A stretch of 64,000 nt of DNA from Nitrosopumilus sp. (GCA_965238275.1 OZ250186.1:1472001-1536000), one strand, 5' to 3'. Counted from the first letter of the stretch, positions 48,656 to 59,568 are shown. Notes: a model not told the origin generated them from the letters alone. Made by a program: numbers and translations.

Positions 48656-48971
48656 TTTTGCATTAATTTTGTATCAAAAATGCTGTTCCTGTACGGGATC
48701 CAAGTGCTGCTCTTGTACAAAACGGCATCAAATCAGCAGCAGCCCCAAACGCCTCTAGCCAGCCTGTCACAAGCATCCTGTGAACTAGCCCTGTCCCGGG
48801 ATCTTTTTGCCGCATCAGGCAAGATGGTGCCATAGACGAGTCTGGTTGGGGGATACATCATGAGACATGAATCCGACCGTACAATACACTGCTTCGGGAG
48901 AATCGCCGAAACCGTGTACTTATAACTCGCTATTTTCAAAACGGGTTGTTGGTACTGGAGAGGTTTCAATT

Positions 48972-51900
48972 TTGAATCAATCTAAGATTTTTCTGGTTAT
49001 TTTGGCAATCAGCATGATTTCAATTGCATCCCATGACGCTTTTGCTACGCCGCCTTCTCCTCCTCCAGGATTTACGCAAATGGAGATATCTGAACTTCCA
49101 GTACTGGGCCAGGAGTTTGATCTTACCATTTCTCCCATACCTGATAATTATGATAAAGACTGGATACAATCTTCTGATGAAAAAACATGGCCGACAGAAT
49201 TTACAATCATCCTGCCAAAAGGCTTTGAAATTATTGATGATGATTTTTCTGACGGCCGACCTTATTATGGCATGCATGGCCAGGTTTCTGATGATTATCG
49301 TTTTTTTTCTGTTGTTAGGGATGTTGGATTTCCTCCCCAAACAACGGTGACAATCAAGCCAACAGAACCCGGTATTTGGCAAATTATTGCTACAAGTGGC
49401 CCATTCATATCTGGAAAAATATTCGTGACACTGACTGAAAGCTATTCGTATGTTTCTGACAAACCAAACAATGTTGTAAAAAGAGACACGTGTGGCAAAG
49501 ATTTGGATGGCCGGTATGACCGTATATCCATGTTTGATGTTGCATCAAACTCGATAATAAGAAATGTAAAAAATGATTTTATGGCGGAGGAATCTTATAA
49601 TGACTGGAAAATAATCACAAATCCCGCTACCGATCTTATTTACATCTATGAGCATTACACCACCATAGTCCCAATCATATATGGAAATTCTGGCGAGACA
49701 AAAGAGAATCTGACTCTATACGGCCCAAGATCCAGCGTGAGAGTGTCGGATATTGCCATAAATCCTGAAACAAACCTGATCTATATGGGGGACAATGGAA
49801 GAGTAAGTGGAAAGAGTGATGGCAGGATTCTGGTGCTGGACGGGGAAAACCATTCGATTATTTCAATAATAGAATATTATGACAGATCAGGTGAGGATGA
49901 ATATGTTAAATCAATCACTGTAGATCCAAAAACCAATACTTTGTATGCCATGACAGGCGAAAATAGTCTGTATGTGATTGATCTTGATACAGAAGAAGTT
50001 GTTACAAAACTTCATTTGGGCGAGGGCGGATACTCTGGAACCCATGATGTTGAGGTAAATTCGGAAACCAACAAAATCTACGCATTGAATGGCGAGTTGT
50101 ATGTGATAGACGGGCACACAAACGCTGTTGAGCATGCCATACCCGTTGACAATTGGGCAGACAAAATCCAGGTCAACGAGAGGGACAATGAAATCTATCT
50201 CCTAATCTATTCCACCGAGAAACTGCTGATAATTGATGGAACTGATCATCAGATAGACACAATAAATCTGCATCGCCCTGGACTCGATATGGATTTTGAT
50301 CACGTACATGGCAAACTGTATGTTCCAAACGAGGGTGGTTCAGTAACCGTAATCGACACCGACGCGCTTGAATTTGACATAATGGATGACTGCAGCTTTA
50401 TTTCGCGCATTTCCATAAATCCCGGAACCGGAGTTTTGTCTGCAGTGGATGAATCGCAATCCGTTACTGTAAACGTAATCGAAGACGTAAAACCACACCA
50501 AAATGATCGTATGTGGGTTGATGATTCAGAATATCCGAGAACAGAGTATTTGTCAGACGAGCAGATATCCTTCAGACTATCCAATATGGGCGATGCCGAT
50601 ATTGCAGTCGACTCTGTAAGGATAAAAAACACCAATACCGGAAATGTGGCCGTCACACTTACGGAATCGCAGACAATCGAGCAAAACGGGTTCATTGAGA
50701 TTATGTGGGACCAAACTGATTCGAACGGAAAACGGGTTCCGCTTGATCGTTATGCTCTGATTATGAAGGGCCATGATGATGAAGATGCCATTTACGAGGC
50801 ACACAAACTATTCTCAACCATAGACAAAGACAGGCTGGATCGTCTCAAATCGCTGCACAAAGACATGTTTTCCTATATAAAATCAAACGAAAGCAATTCT
50901 GAAGAGACCACCGCGCCGCCCGCATCCGATGATTCGGCACCTGCAAACACGGCTGATGATTTGACGGCCGGGCAGCCACAACCTGACATTCCAGATGACG
51001 TTGCATGTAAAAACAATCCCGTGCTTATGACCCGGAACTATGAAAAATTCATATGCGTCAAATTTACCACGTCTGAAACACTTGTCATGCGCGGATGGGA
51101 GATCGTTTCCACAGAACCCACTCCGGCTGTTCCTAGCGACACCTCGGAGAACATCACTGTGCCAAAGCACGACATCATGCCTGATTTTCCGTTGTCCAGC
51201 GAATTCACAGGTAATATCTTTGCAAGATTCAATGTAGAATTTTCTCAAAGACCTGTTTTGAATGAGGAATTTGACATTACTATAAAATATGAAATTTTTG
51301 ACAATGAGTCTTCTAATAAAAAACCCCGCAAGACAGTTCCCTTTACTCTTACATTAGGCGAAGGGATGGAGTACGTGGGCGGAGACATGAACAAAATTGC
51401 AAGAAAATACAGCCTTGTTACCGAGCAATACAACACAATGTACAAGGCAGAAAACCCGAGTACTGTTCCTGGCATCTACGAATCCACCTCCATCATAAAA
51501 TTCTCGCAGCCCGGAGAACATTATTTTGGATTACATGTCTCAGGCCAATTTGATGGGTTTTGGTTTTTTGTAGATGACGGTGGAACGGTATACCTGAAAG
51601 AGGACGTCATTTATGACTCCAGTGCGCTGTCACAGCTAATGCATATCTTGACTGCTAACTACCCGGAATCCATTGAAGACGAATTAGAAACCATCTTTGG
51701 CAGTAATGCAAAACGAGTTTTGGAGGACTATTATGAGTATTATGAGTATCAAAGACCGATTGCCCCTGTGGACCTGCTTACAACTAAGGTGCAACTGCAG
51801 GATGTGGTATGTTCAGGCGGCATATTTTACAAGTTTACCCAGAGTGAATGGGGAGGGCACGGCATGCAGTGTGGTTCAGAGTCCACGTTGGAATATAATT

Positions 51901-53177
51901 CCGAAAGGTCACGTGAAGTTGAAGTCTATGATCGCAATGAAGCAATAAAAGCACTTACAATCAACACGGATTCTGTCGCCATGTCTGAAAAAAACATATT
52001 TTTTGATACCCGAGACAATGACTATGATGATGGCTGGTTTCCATCACGTCAGTCAGCACATAAAGATAAGGCAGTGTTGCCTCCTCCCTACCATTATCTC
52101 GGGGAGCCGTGCTCGAACGATGCATTGTATGCCACGTTTGAGGCTCCCGAGCAGGTAAATGTAGGGGATGCATTTGATGTCGTGCTTACGTATAGCTGGA
52201 CGGTGCCAAACCCGAACTGGGATGTGATGTCTGAAGATGATAAGAAAACGATGCAAAATCTACGCGATGAATATCTTCCACTGGTGGAGGCAGAGGAAAT
52301 GGCAAACAGCGGCGGCGGCCATGCAACTCTTACTGAGCCGGAATTGGACGATCTTGGTGCTCAAATGGATGCATTACTTGATCGGATGGCGAAAATCTTG
52401 GACAAATATGGGTTGGAAGACCATGATTCCAACATATACGGATACCAGATAACAGAATACTATCCGGAATGCAAGGAACCCATTCTGAACATTGCATTTC
52501 CAGAAGAGCTGGAAATACTTTCAGACGGATTTGAAATATCTGGCAGCCCGGACCAGCACAAGATTGTAAACTATCGAGGGGAAAAAACGCTGTCCTTCAG
52601 CAATGATCAGCCCCAAACATACATCCTTACTATGATTGCAAACGAACCTACATTCCATCTGGTCAATTCATTGAGAATCAACGCTGCTGGATATGGTGCA
52701 AATTTTGTTTTTAGTGTCAACAACGGCACAGTTACCTTTACCCATAACTATCCTGATTATTTGGAACGATTAGCCCACACACCTCAAATTGACAAGTTTG
52801 GAAATAAAATACCAAGGCACGAACAGAGTGGTGGGGGATATTCTCTCAATAGCGTATTGTTTGAGTATTCCCAACTCCATGGCCTGAGTGTTGATAAGAC
52901 AAGACAATTACAGCTTGAGTTTCTGAAACACCAGGTGCTAAACCCTGATGATGATTTTACTACATTTTACAAGATTTTTTCTGGCACGGATATCTCAGAT
53001 GAGATCGATTATGTAAGTCTAGGGCCGCCAATGGATAGTTTTGCAGAATTCGCCAGGGAACACATTTTACAGGATGAAGACGATATTGAGGCATGGCTTT
53101 ATTCCATAGATGACTTGCATGATGACTGGATCGAGGCGTTTCTGGCAAAATATCCGGAATTTAAAAATGAAACGTAG
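48972..53177 (+). CDS. Large secreted multidomain protein: YncE/YVTN beta-propeller, FlgD-like Ig domain and three repeated Ig-like modules
   Basis: Signal peptide (...HDAFA); INPETNLIY/VDPKTNTLY/VNSETNKIY blades; WDQTDSNGKRVP; start TTG 48972 (ORF open from 48867). Confidence 0.82.
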   Translation: MNQSKIFLVILAISMISIASHDAFATPPSPPPGFTQMEISELPVLGQEFDLTISPIPDNYDKDWIQSSDEKTWPTEFTIILPKGFEIIDDDFSDGRPYYGMHGQVSDDYRFFSVVRDVGFPPQTTVTIKPTEPGIWQIIATSGPFISGKIFVTLTESYSYVSDKPNNVVKRDTCGKDLDGRYDRISMFDVASNSIIRNVKNDFMAEESYNDWKIITNPATDLIYIYEHYTTIVPIIYGNSGETKENLTLYGPRSSVRVSDIAINPETNLIYMGDNGRVSGKSDGRILVLDGENHSIISIIEYYDRSGEDEYVKSITVDPKTNTLYAMTGENSLYVIDLDTEEVVTKLHLGEGGYSGTHDVEVNSETNKIYALNGELYVIDGHTNAVEHAIPVDNWADKIQVNERDNEIYLLIYSTEKLLIIDGTDHQIDTINLHRPGLDMDFDHVHGKLYVPNEGGSVTVIDTDALEFDIMDDCSFISRISINPGTGVLSAVDESQSVTVNVIEDVKPHQNDRMWVDDSEYPRTEYLSDEQISFRLSNMGDADIAVDSVRIKNTNTGNVAVTLTESQTIEQNGFIEIMWDQTDSNGKRVPLDRYALIMKGHDDEDAIYEAHKLFSTIDKDRLDRLKSLHKDMFSYIKSNESNSEETTAPPASDDSAPANTADDLTAGQPQPDIPDDVACKNNPVLMTRNYEKFICVKFTTSETLVMRGWEIVSTEPTPAVPSDTSENITVPKHDIMPDFPLSSEFTGNIFARFNVEFSQRPVLNEEFDITIKYEIFDNESSNKKPRKTVPFTLTLGEGMEYVGGDMNKIARKYSLVTEQYNTMYKAENPSTVPGIYESTSIIKFSQPGEHYFGLHVSGQFDGFWFFVDDGGTVYLKEDVIYDSSALSQLMHILTANYPESIEDELETIFGSNAKRVLEDYYEYYEYQRPIAPVDLLTTKVQLQDVVCSGGIFYKFTQSEWGGHGMQCGSESTLEYNSERSREVEVYDRNEAIKALTINTDSVAMSEKNIFFDTRDNDYDDGWFPSRQSAHKDKAVLPPPYHYLGEPCSNDALYATFEAPEQVNVGDAFDVVLTYSWTVPNPNWDVMSEDDKKTMQNLRDEYLPLVEAEEMANSGGGHATLTEPELDDLGAQMDALLDRMAKILDKYGLEDHDSNIYGYQITEYYPECKEPILNIAFPEELEILSDGFEISGSPDQHKIVNYRGEKTLSFSNDQPQTYILTMIANEPTFHLVNSLRINAAGYGANFVFSVNNGTVTFTHNYPDYLERLAHTPQIDKFGNKIPRHEQSGGGYSLNSVLFEYSQLHGLSVDKTRQLQLEFLKHQVLNPDDDFTTFYKIFSGTDISDEIDYVSLGPPMDSFAEFAREHILQDEDDIEAWLYSIDDLHDDWIEAFLAKYPEFKNET

Positions 53178-53351
53178 CTGTCGAATTACTAATTAAAAAA
53201 ATAAATAAAACAAAAGAATTCCAGCCCCATAAAATCGCGACAAACGTATTTTCACGGTAAAAAACACCCATCTGTTTTGCAATCAGGTTTTACGGCATTT
53301 GACAACAATCCCCGCCTTGGCCAAACCCAAATGTCTGCCAACTTGGATCTG

Positions 53352-53393
53352 ATGGTGGTGATGATGGTGATGGTGATGGTGATGATGTTGATG
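53352..53393 (-). repeat. (CAY)12 triplet tract downstream of lysS
   Basis: Minus strand reads CAT CAA then 12 consecutive CAT/CAC. Confidence 0.85.
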
Positions 53394-53415
53394 TGCAGTT
53401 GTGGAATGGTCCGTA

Positions 53416-55002
53416 TCAGATGTACTTGGAAAGCATTCCTGCCGCCTTTCTTCTTCCGATGTCTGAGATGAACGGGCCTATCCTTGGACCACCGGCTGTT
53501 CCGAGAATCGCCTGGTAAAGTATCCTGAAAAAATCCCTTGGTTTGACGCCGTTTGATTTTGCAATCTGATAAATCGCGCCCTGGATGTCCTCCGGCTCCT
53601 CGTCTGCGCCCAGAACATCCACAAGGTCCCTCAGTGCGTTCCTTGCATGCTCGTCCAAATCAATGTGAACCGGCTCCTGCGTGTCAAACTCGTCTGAAAA
53701 GTTTCCTGCAAGCCCGACAAGCGCCTCTATCTCCGGCCCTGCGTCCTTTATGATTCCGTACTCTTGCAGCTTTTTTGTCACCATGCCCTTCCTGTCCTCC
53801 TTGAAGATCCTTGCCAGTTCGACTGCGAGCCTGTAGTTTACGTGCACGCCGGGCTGCCCTGGCGGCTCCAGCAGATTCACATACTCGTAGAGCCCCCTTG
53901 TTTTTGCAAGCCTTGCCTGGTTGTCCATTTTGACCCTTCCAAAGTAGACATCCTCCAGCTCGTTGTATTCGTTCATCAGGGACGGAATGTCCTCAAACCC
54001 TATCTCCCGGGCACCTGTGATTCTTTTGTACAGCAGCAGCAGTATTGACTTGGGACTGCCAAACCTTAGCCATTTCTGTGCGGTCATGACATTGCCAAGG
54101 GATTTTGAGATCTTTTTTCCGCCCTTGTCCAGAAACATCTCGTACTTTACGTGGTGGGGGTGGGGGAACCCAAGAATCTCCTGCGCAACCCAGTCGTTTA
54201 CCATTACAGAATCCATGATGTCCTTTCCATACGCCTCAAACCTGATATCAAATGCGGCCCATCTGGCGGCAAACTCCACCTTCCATGCAAGCTTGCCCGG
54301 ATCCCTTGTAATGTCTGCCTCCCCGATGTGGCCGCAGCCGCTGACCTTTCTTGAGCCAATCTCCACGTCATGGCACCTGTATTTCACCTTCCTCTCATCG
54401 GGGATGTATTCTGTGGATTCTGCAGTGTATATTCGGCCGCAGCTTGCGCATACTGGAAAGTACGGCAGGTACCTCTTGTACTTGTCCTGCCCGACCATGC
54501 TTGAGATCCTCTCTCCGATTCTTGCACCATTCGTGAGGATTGTGTGTATCTGGTCCTTTAGCAGTCCCTGCCTGTATGTGTCAACTGCCCTCCTGAACTC
54601 ATACCTTATGCCGATTTTGTCCAGCCCGTCCAGCAGTATGCTGCTCATGTGCATGCCGTATGAATCGTGGCACCCAAACGGATCCGGGATCGAGGATACG
54701 GGTTTTGCCAGATGCTCTTCGAGTGATTCTGGAAGTCCCTCCGGAATCTTTCTGAGTCCGTCCATGTCGTCAGAGTACGCCACAAGTTCTGACTTGTAGC
54801 CCACGTCCTCCAGGGCCATCTTGATTCCATACGCCCTGGCCGCATCCCCGAGGCTGCCAATGTGCGGCACCCCGGATGCGCCAAGGCCGCTCTCCACCCT
54901 TAGCATGTCCAGGCTTCTGCCAAGGGAGGTCTCGCGCTCGATCATCTCTGAGGCCAGCTTGTCAATCCATGTCCCCCTTCCGATCATCTCCTGTCCTGGC
55001 AT
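53416..55002 (-). CDS. lysS: Lysyl-tRNA synthetase class I
   Basis: SGVPHIGS, KLAWKVEF, EAYGKD, KISKS, GPR. Confidence 0.95.
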   Translation of the reverse strand: MPGQEMIGRGTWIDKLASEMIERETSLGRSLDMLRVESGLGASGVPHIGSLGDAARAYGIKMALEDVGYKSELVAYSDDMDGLRKIPEGLPESLEEHLAKPVSSIPDPFGCHDSYGMHMSSILLDGLDKIGIRYEFRRAVDTYRQGLLKDQIHTILTNGARIGERISSMVGQDKYKRYLPYFPVCASCGRIYTAESTEYIPDERKVKYRCHDVEIGSRKVSGCGHIGEADITRDPGKLAWKVEFAARWAAFDIRFEAYGKDIMDSVMVNDWVAQEILGFPHPHHVKYEMFLDKGGKKISKSLGNVMTAQKWLRFGSPKSILLLLYKRITGAREIGFEDIPSLMNEYNELEDVYFGRVKMDNQARLAKTRGLYEYVNLLEPPGQPGVHVNYRLAVELARIFKEDRKGMVTKKLQEYGIIKDAGPEIEALVGLAGNFSDEFDTQEPVHIDLDEHARNALRDLVDVLGADEEPEDIQGAIYQIAKSNGVKPRDFFRILYQAILGTAGGPRIGPFISDIGRRKAAGMLSKYI

Positions 55003-55006
55003 AGTA

Positions 55007-56596
55007 TCACCCGTCCAGCCTCTTGGCCATGTATGGCCCATATAACGAGTACCCCATCTTTTTGTAGTACTCCCTTGTGCCTACCGCGCTTATCACCAAA
55101 AGCCTTCTTGCATCAAACTCCTCTCTTGCGATCCTTTCGGCCTCTGCCATCAGGCTCCTTCCCAGCCCCGAGTGCTGTATCTGGCCCTTCTCCCTCTTGC
55201 CGATTCCCAGCGACCGCCCATAGACATGCAGCTCCCTTACGATGCAGCACGAGTCTGCGCCGACTTCCTTTCTGTGGGCGTTCTGGCTTGGACTCCTCAG
55301 CCTCAAAAACCCGTATATGGACTCGTCTGTTCCCTCGTACGAGACAAAGACCTCGCGTCCTCCCGAGGAGTCATAATCAGTCCTGCTCAGCGCCATCTCG
55401 TCTGCATGCGGCATTCTGGACAGGCCCGCTTCCCTGCATCTTATGCACCTGCATGAAAGGCCCTGCCTGGCCAGGCTCTGATGGACCAGCTGCCTCAGGT
55501 TGCCTGACTTTGGCCCTGCAACTATCTGGCTTGACGGAATCTCCCTCTGAATGCGCATGATTCTGACCCACTTTGGCACGTTCTTCTTTACCTCCGTCAG
55601 AACCCTGATCATGTCCTCATCCGAGTACGGGGAGTACCGTCCCTGCACGTACTCCTCGTACAGCGGCGTGTCCCTGATTACCAGCGCCGGATAAATCTTT
55701 AGCATGTCCGGGCGCAGCTGCGGATCCGAAAACAGCCTTTGAAAATCCTCAATGTCCCCGTCCGGGCTCATGGTGGGCAGTCCGGGCATCATGTGCGCTG
55801 CAATCTTGTATCCGGCATCCTTTGAGATCTGAAAAGACTCTGTCACGTCGCCGTAGTCGTGGCCCCTGTTTACAATCCTGTAGACGCGCTCCTGCAGTGA
55901 CTGGACGCCGATCTCTACCCTCGTAACCCCGTATCTGAGCATCCAGTCCACATGCTCCCTTTTGCAATAGTCCGGCTTTGTCTCGATTGTAAATCCCACG
56001 TTTCTGATTGCCGCACGTTCGTTGTTTGATTTTGCCTCGTCCAGGCTGCCCGAATCAGTCCCGTTCAGCGCGTCATAGCACGACTTTATGAAATCCTCCT
56101 GATACTCTGCCGGCATAAACAGAAAGGTCCCCCCCACAATCACAATCTCCATCTTTGACGGGTCGTGCCCGAATGCCACCAGCTTGTCAATCTTTGATGC
56201 TATCTGCAGCCTTGGATCATAACCGTTTTCAATGGCATTGAGGGTGGCAGGCTCGCCTCCGGTGTAGCTGTTCGGGGAGTTGTACTTGGTGCCGCCGGGG
56301 CAGTACGTGCACCTGCCGTGGGGGCATGCATACGGCTTTGGCATCAGTGCCACCACCGACACTCCTGATGCCGTCTTTGCAGGCTTTTTTAGCAGGACCC
56401 TTCTGAGCATTTCAAAATCCGCCCCCTCGGCCTTTGAGAGGATCTCGTGGTTTCTGGGGATCCTTTCAAGTGCATATTTGGCGCAGATCCTCCTGATCTC
56501 CTGCCTTACATGTTTTTTATCCGGATTGTCAATCACAAGCAGATTCTGGGTAATCTCGCTGCACGCTTTGGAGAATGTCGAATTCAGACTGCCCAT
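55007..56596 (-). CDS. elp3: Elongator Elp3 (radical SAM + acetyltransferase; tRNA U34 modification)
   Basis: CPHGRCTYCPGG, ETKPD, LKIYP, VRELHVYG, QHSGLG. Confidence 0.95.
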   Translation of the reverse strand: MGSLNSTFSKACSEITQNLLVIDNPDKKHVRQEIRRICAKYALERIPRNHEILSKAEGADFEMLRRVLLKKPAKTASGVSVVALMPKPYACPHGRCTYCPGGTKYNSPNSYTGGEPATLNAIENGYDPRLQIASKIDKLVAFGHDPSKMEIVIVGGTFLFMPAEYQEDFIKSCYDALNGTDSGSLDEAKSNNERAAIRNVGFTIETKPDYCKREHVDWMLRYGVTRVEIGVQSLQERVYRIVNRGHDYGDVTESFQISKDAGYKIAAHMMPGLPTMSPDGDIEDFQRLFSDPQLRPDMLKIYPALVIRDTPLYEEYVQGRYSPYSDEDMIRVLTEVKKNVPKWVRIMRIQREIPSSQIVAGPKSGNLRQLVHQSLARQGLSCRCIRCREAGLSRMPHADEMALSRTDYDSSGGREVFVSYEGTDESIYGFLRLRSPSQNAHRKEVGADSCCIVRELHVYGRSLGIGKREKGQIQHSGLGRSLMAEAERIAREEFDARRLLVISAVGTREYYKKMGYSLYGPYMAKRLDG

Positions 56597-56687
56597 GAAC
56601 ACCCATACCTGCCTGGACATAAATTCGTTAAATGGACAAAATATCAACCCCATTGTGCGTTCCTGCAGGATGTGTAATGAGAAACCA

Positions 56688-57899
56688 CTATTCCATCTTT
56701 AGGGCCTCTTCGATCTCCCTTGCAAGAAAGACCCTGCTCTTGTTGACTATGTTTGTCTGCTCCAGTATGCCCAGATTCACAAGGTTCATGACCGTCCCCT
56801 TGGCAGATTGGTATGACACGTCAAGAAACCTTCCGGCTGACGGGACGGTGATGTACGGATTGGCAAACAGATGTTCCATCAGACTAATGTCATTTCCACG
56901 GGCATTTGCCTCTCGAAGGATCCGGCCGTACTGTTTTTGCAGTTGCACCATCCCCCGGATGCCGTTTATGGTGCTCTTTGCCTGTGCCGAAAAGGCGCGC
57001 AGAAAGAACTTGATCCATACGTTCCATCGGCTCTTCCGGCTCACTTCCAGCAGCCCATCATAGTACTCGCCACTATTCCTCTCAAAGAATGCACTCAAGT
57101 ACAGTAGCGGCTCAGGAAGCATGCCTTTTTTGTGCAGCACCAGCGGCAGCAAGAGTCTCCCTATCCTTCCGTTTCCGTCGCCAAAGGGATGTATGGCCTC
57201 AAACTGGTAGTGCATCATGGCGCACTGGACAAGCACCGGTATGTTGTCGTGCCTCTCTTGAAGGAACCCCACCAGGCTCTCAAGCAGGGGCAGAACCCGT
57301 TCAGCCGGAGGAGGTGTGTAAATAATCTCCGTCCTTCTTCCGTATGACGCTATGATGTAGTTCGGATTCTTGCGAAATTCTCCGGGGTTTTTCTCTTGAC
57401 CACGGACATCTTTCATCAGGATTCTGTGTGCCCTGCGTATGACATCCAGACTGATATTGTGTCCTGTCTCCCTTACAGTCATTAGCGATTGCTCCAATGC
57501 ATTTACGTAGTTTACCACTTCCCACAGCCTCGTGTTGTCTGCCTGTCTTCGATCGATGTTGCCTACTGCCTCATACACGTTCAAGTCATCTAGGGATGCC
57601 AGCGTGCCCTCTATCCTGGAGCTCAGTACGGCCTCGTGTTTGAGATATGCCCTTAACAGGATATGTGGATTTTCAATCTCACCCCCCATGCCTTTGAGTT
57701 CCCCTACGCTCCTCTCCGCCTCGGCAAGCAGCAGGATCATCTCAGAATCATACGAAATTCTGGGGGGAAGATCCTTTGGGACAAATGCCAAGCGGTTGTC
57801 GCTGTTGGCCACAAAGACGCCATTGGGTTTTGTATACCGCTTCAAGTCTCTGGGTGCCGGATTGTGGCCTCCTTTAATGTTTTCATGCTTCATTACCAA
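56688..57899 (-). CDS. Fic family protein (AMPylase) with N-terminal inhibitory motif and C-terminal wHTH
   Basis: HPFGDGNGRIGR; SSRIEG. Confidence 0.93.
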   Translation of the reverse strand: MVMKHENIKGGHNPAPRDLKRYTKPNGVFVANSDNRLAFVPKDLPPRISYDSEMILLLAEAERSVGELKGMGGEIENPHILLRAYLKHEAVLSSRIEGTLASLDDLNVYEAVGNIDRRQADNTRLWEVVNYVNALEQSLMTVRETGHNISLDVIRRAHRILMKDVRGQEKNPGEFRKNPNYIIASYGRRTEIIYTPPPAERVLPLLESLVGFLQERHDNIPVLVQCAMMHYQFEAIHPFGDGNGRIGRLLLPLVLHKKGMLPEPLLYLSAFFERNSGEYYDGLLEVSRKSRWNVWIKFFLRAFSAQAKSTINGIRGMVQLQKQYGRILREANARGNDISLMEHLFANPYITVPSAGRFLDVSYQSAKGTVMNLVNLGILEQTNIVNKSRVFLAREIEEALKME

Positions 57900-58115
57900 T
57901 AAACCTTAATTATCGTAATGAAATCGATTATAATATTTAAACATTATGAAGGTTTTTTTGACTTGTTTTTTGTTTTTGGCAGCTGCACATTTGGCATACA
58001 GGCGCCCGGCCTTGTCCCCATGGCGGTTTTTTTGCAGCCCTGCCAGGTCATGTCTCTGGCATTTCCTGCGGTTCCGTGATTCACTGCCAATCACTGCTGC
58101 CCGCGCAGCCTCTGC

Positions 58116-59363
58116 CTATTCTGTCTTGCGTGCTGCCTGCTGTCCTGGTGAACCGTCACTTTTTTTTTGCTCTTTTCTGTATTCCATCTTCAGCCAGATC
58201 GGCGTTATGATGGTCGTCACTGCCACCATGATTATTATCGTGGAATACACCTCCGAGGTCAGGACTCCGGTGGTGACTCCGACTCCTGCAACAATGAGGC
58301 CCACCTCTCCCCTGGATATCATCCCGATTCCTACCCGCATTCCCTGTGTCCTGCTCTTGAGGAAGAACATTGCAGGAAGGCCGCATCCGAACAGTTTTGT
58401 GGTGACTGCCACCAATATTACCACCCCGCTTATCATGAGAATGTTCAGATCCACTGCCCTCAGGTCGACTGCCGCCCCGATAATCGCAAAGAACAACGGC
58501 GCAAATATCAGGCCTATCTTGTTTATGAAATCCTCCACCTTGTGAAATACCTTGGTGGTTGATAGCGCCATCCCGATTGCAAACGCACCGACAATCGGCG
58601 AGAGCCCAATGGCTCCTGCAAGGGCCGCGGCCCCAAAGAACGCGGCAGTCGCTATCCCCTCTATGCTTCCCTTTGCCTTCCACATCCTTGAATTGACGAC
58701 TCTTGGCATTATGATTATGGCAGAGACCAGAATGATTGCAAAGAATCCCAGCACCTCAAAGATGGTAAATATGACATGATCAATCTGGATGTTGTCTATC
58801 CCGCCACTGCTGCCTGCGACTGACGTTACCACGGAGAGCACCGCAATTGCCAGGATGTCATCGATCACTGCAGCCCCGATGATCAGCCTTGCCTCGCGTG
58901 TCTTGAGCTTGCCAAACTCGTTTAGGACCTGGATTGAGATTGCAATGCTTGTCGCAGTAAGCGCCGTGGCAATGAGCATCGACTGCAGGGCGTCAAATCC
59001 GAACGCCTGAAAGACTACCATGCCGGCAAAGAACGGCACGACCACTCCCAGGGTTCCGACAGTAAACGATGCCTTTCCTCCCCTGATGAACTCCTTTGGG
59101 GTCATCTCAAGTCCTGCCATGAACAGGATTACGATGGCCCCCATCTCCCCGAGAATCCTGATCTCCTCGTTTATCTGGATCAGCTGCGTGCCGTCAATAA
59201 CCAGCACGGACCCAAGCGCAAACGGCCCTATGATCATCCCCGCCAAGAGTTCCCCTAGCACGATTGGAAGCTTTAGCCTGAGGAAGAGCTCGGCCATCAG
59301 TTTTGCCGCTGCAAGGAGTATGCCTACCTCGATAATTGTCTGAATAAGATGTCCTTCTACCAC
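58116..59363 (-). CDS. Cation:proton antiporter (CPA2, NapA-like)
   Basis: ~12 TM helices, ATSI, IDDIL, SRGEV. Confidence 0.92.
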   Translation of the reverse strand: MVEGHLIQTIIEVGILLAAAKLMAELFLRLKLPIVLGELLAGMIIGPFALGSVLVIDGTQLIQINEEIRILGEMGAIVILFMAGLEMTPKEFIRGGKASFTVGTLGVVVPFFAGMVVFQAFGFDALQSMLIATALTATSIAISIQVLNEFGKLKTREARLIIGAAVIDDILAIAVLSVVTSVAGSSGGIDNIQIDHVIFTIFEVLGFFAIILVSAIIIMPRVVNSRMWKAKGSIEGIATAAFFGAAALAGAIGLSPIVGAFAIGMALSTTKVFHKVEDFINKIGLIFAPLFFAIIGAAVDLRAVDLNILMISGVVILVAVTTKLFGCGLPAMFFLKSRTQGMRVGIGMISRGEVGLIVAGVGVTTGVLTSEVYSTIIIMVAVTTIITPIWLKMEYRKEQKKSDGSPGQQAARKTE

Positions 59364-59568
59364 GTTTGTTTCAACATGGCTATAACCTGATTATATAATA
59401 TTATATCCCTTTGATTGGGTGCGATACTTGGCCCGGAACGGGTCATGGCGCAGCAGACGGCCTGATTCCCGGAAGGATTCCCGTTTACGCCATGACTGCA
59501 TGCCGGATCCATTCACGGCCTGCAGGAACCACGCGGCATCCCCACCACGGCACGAATCGTGGCACGAG

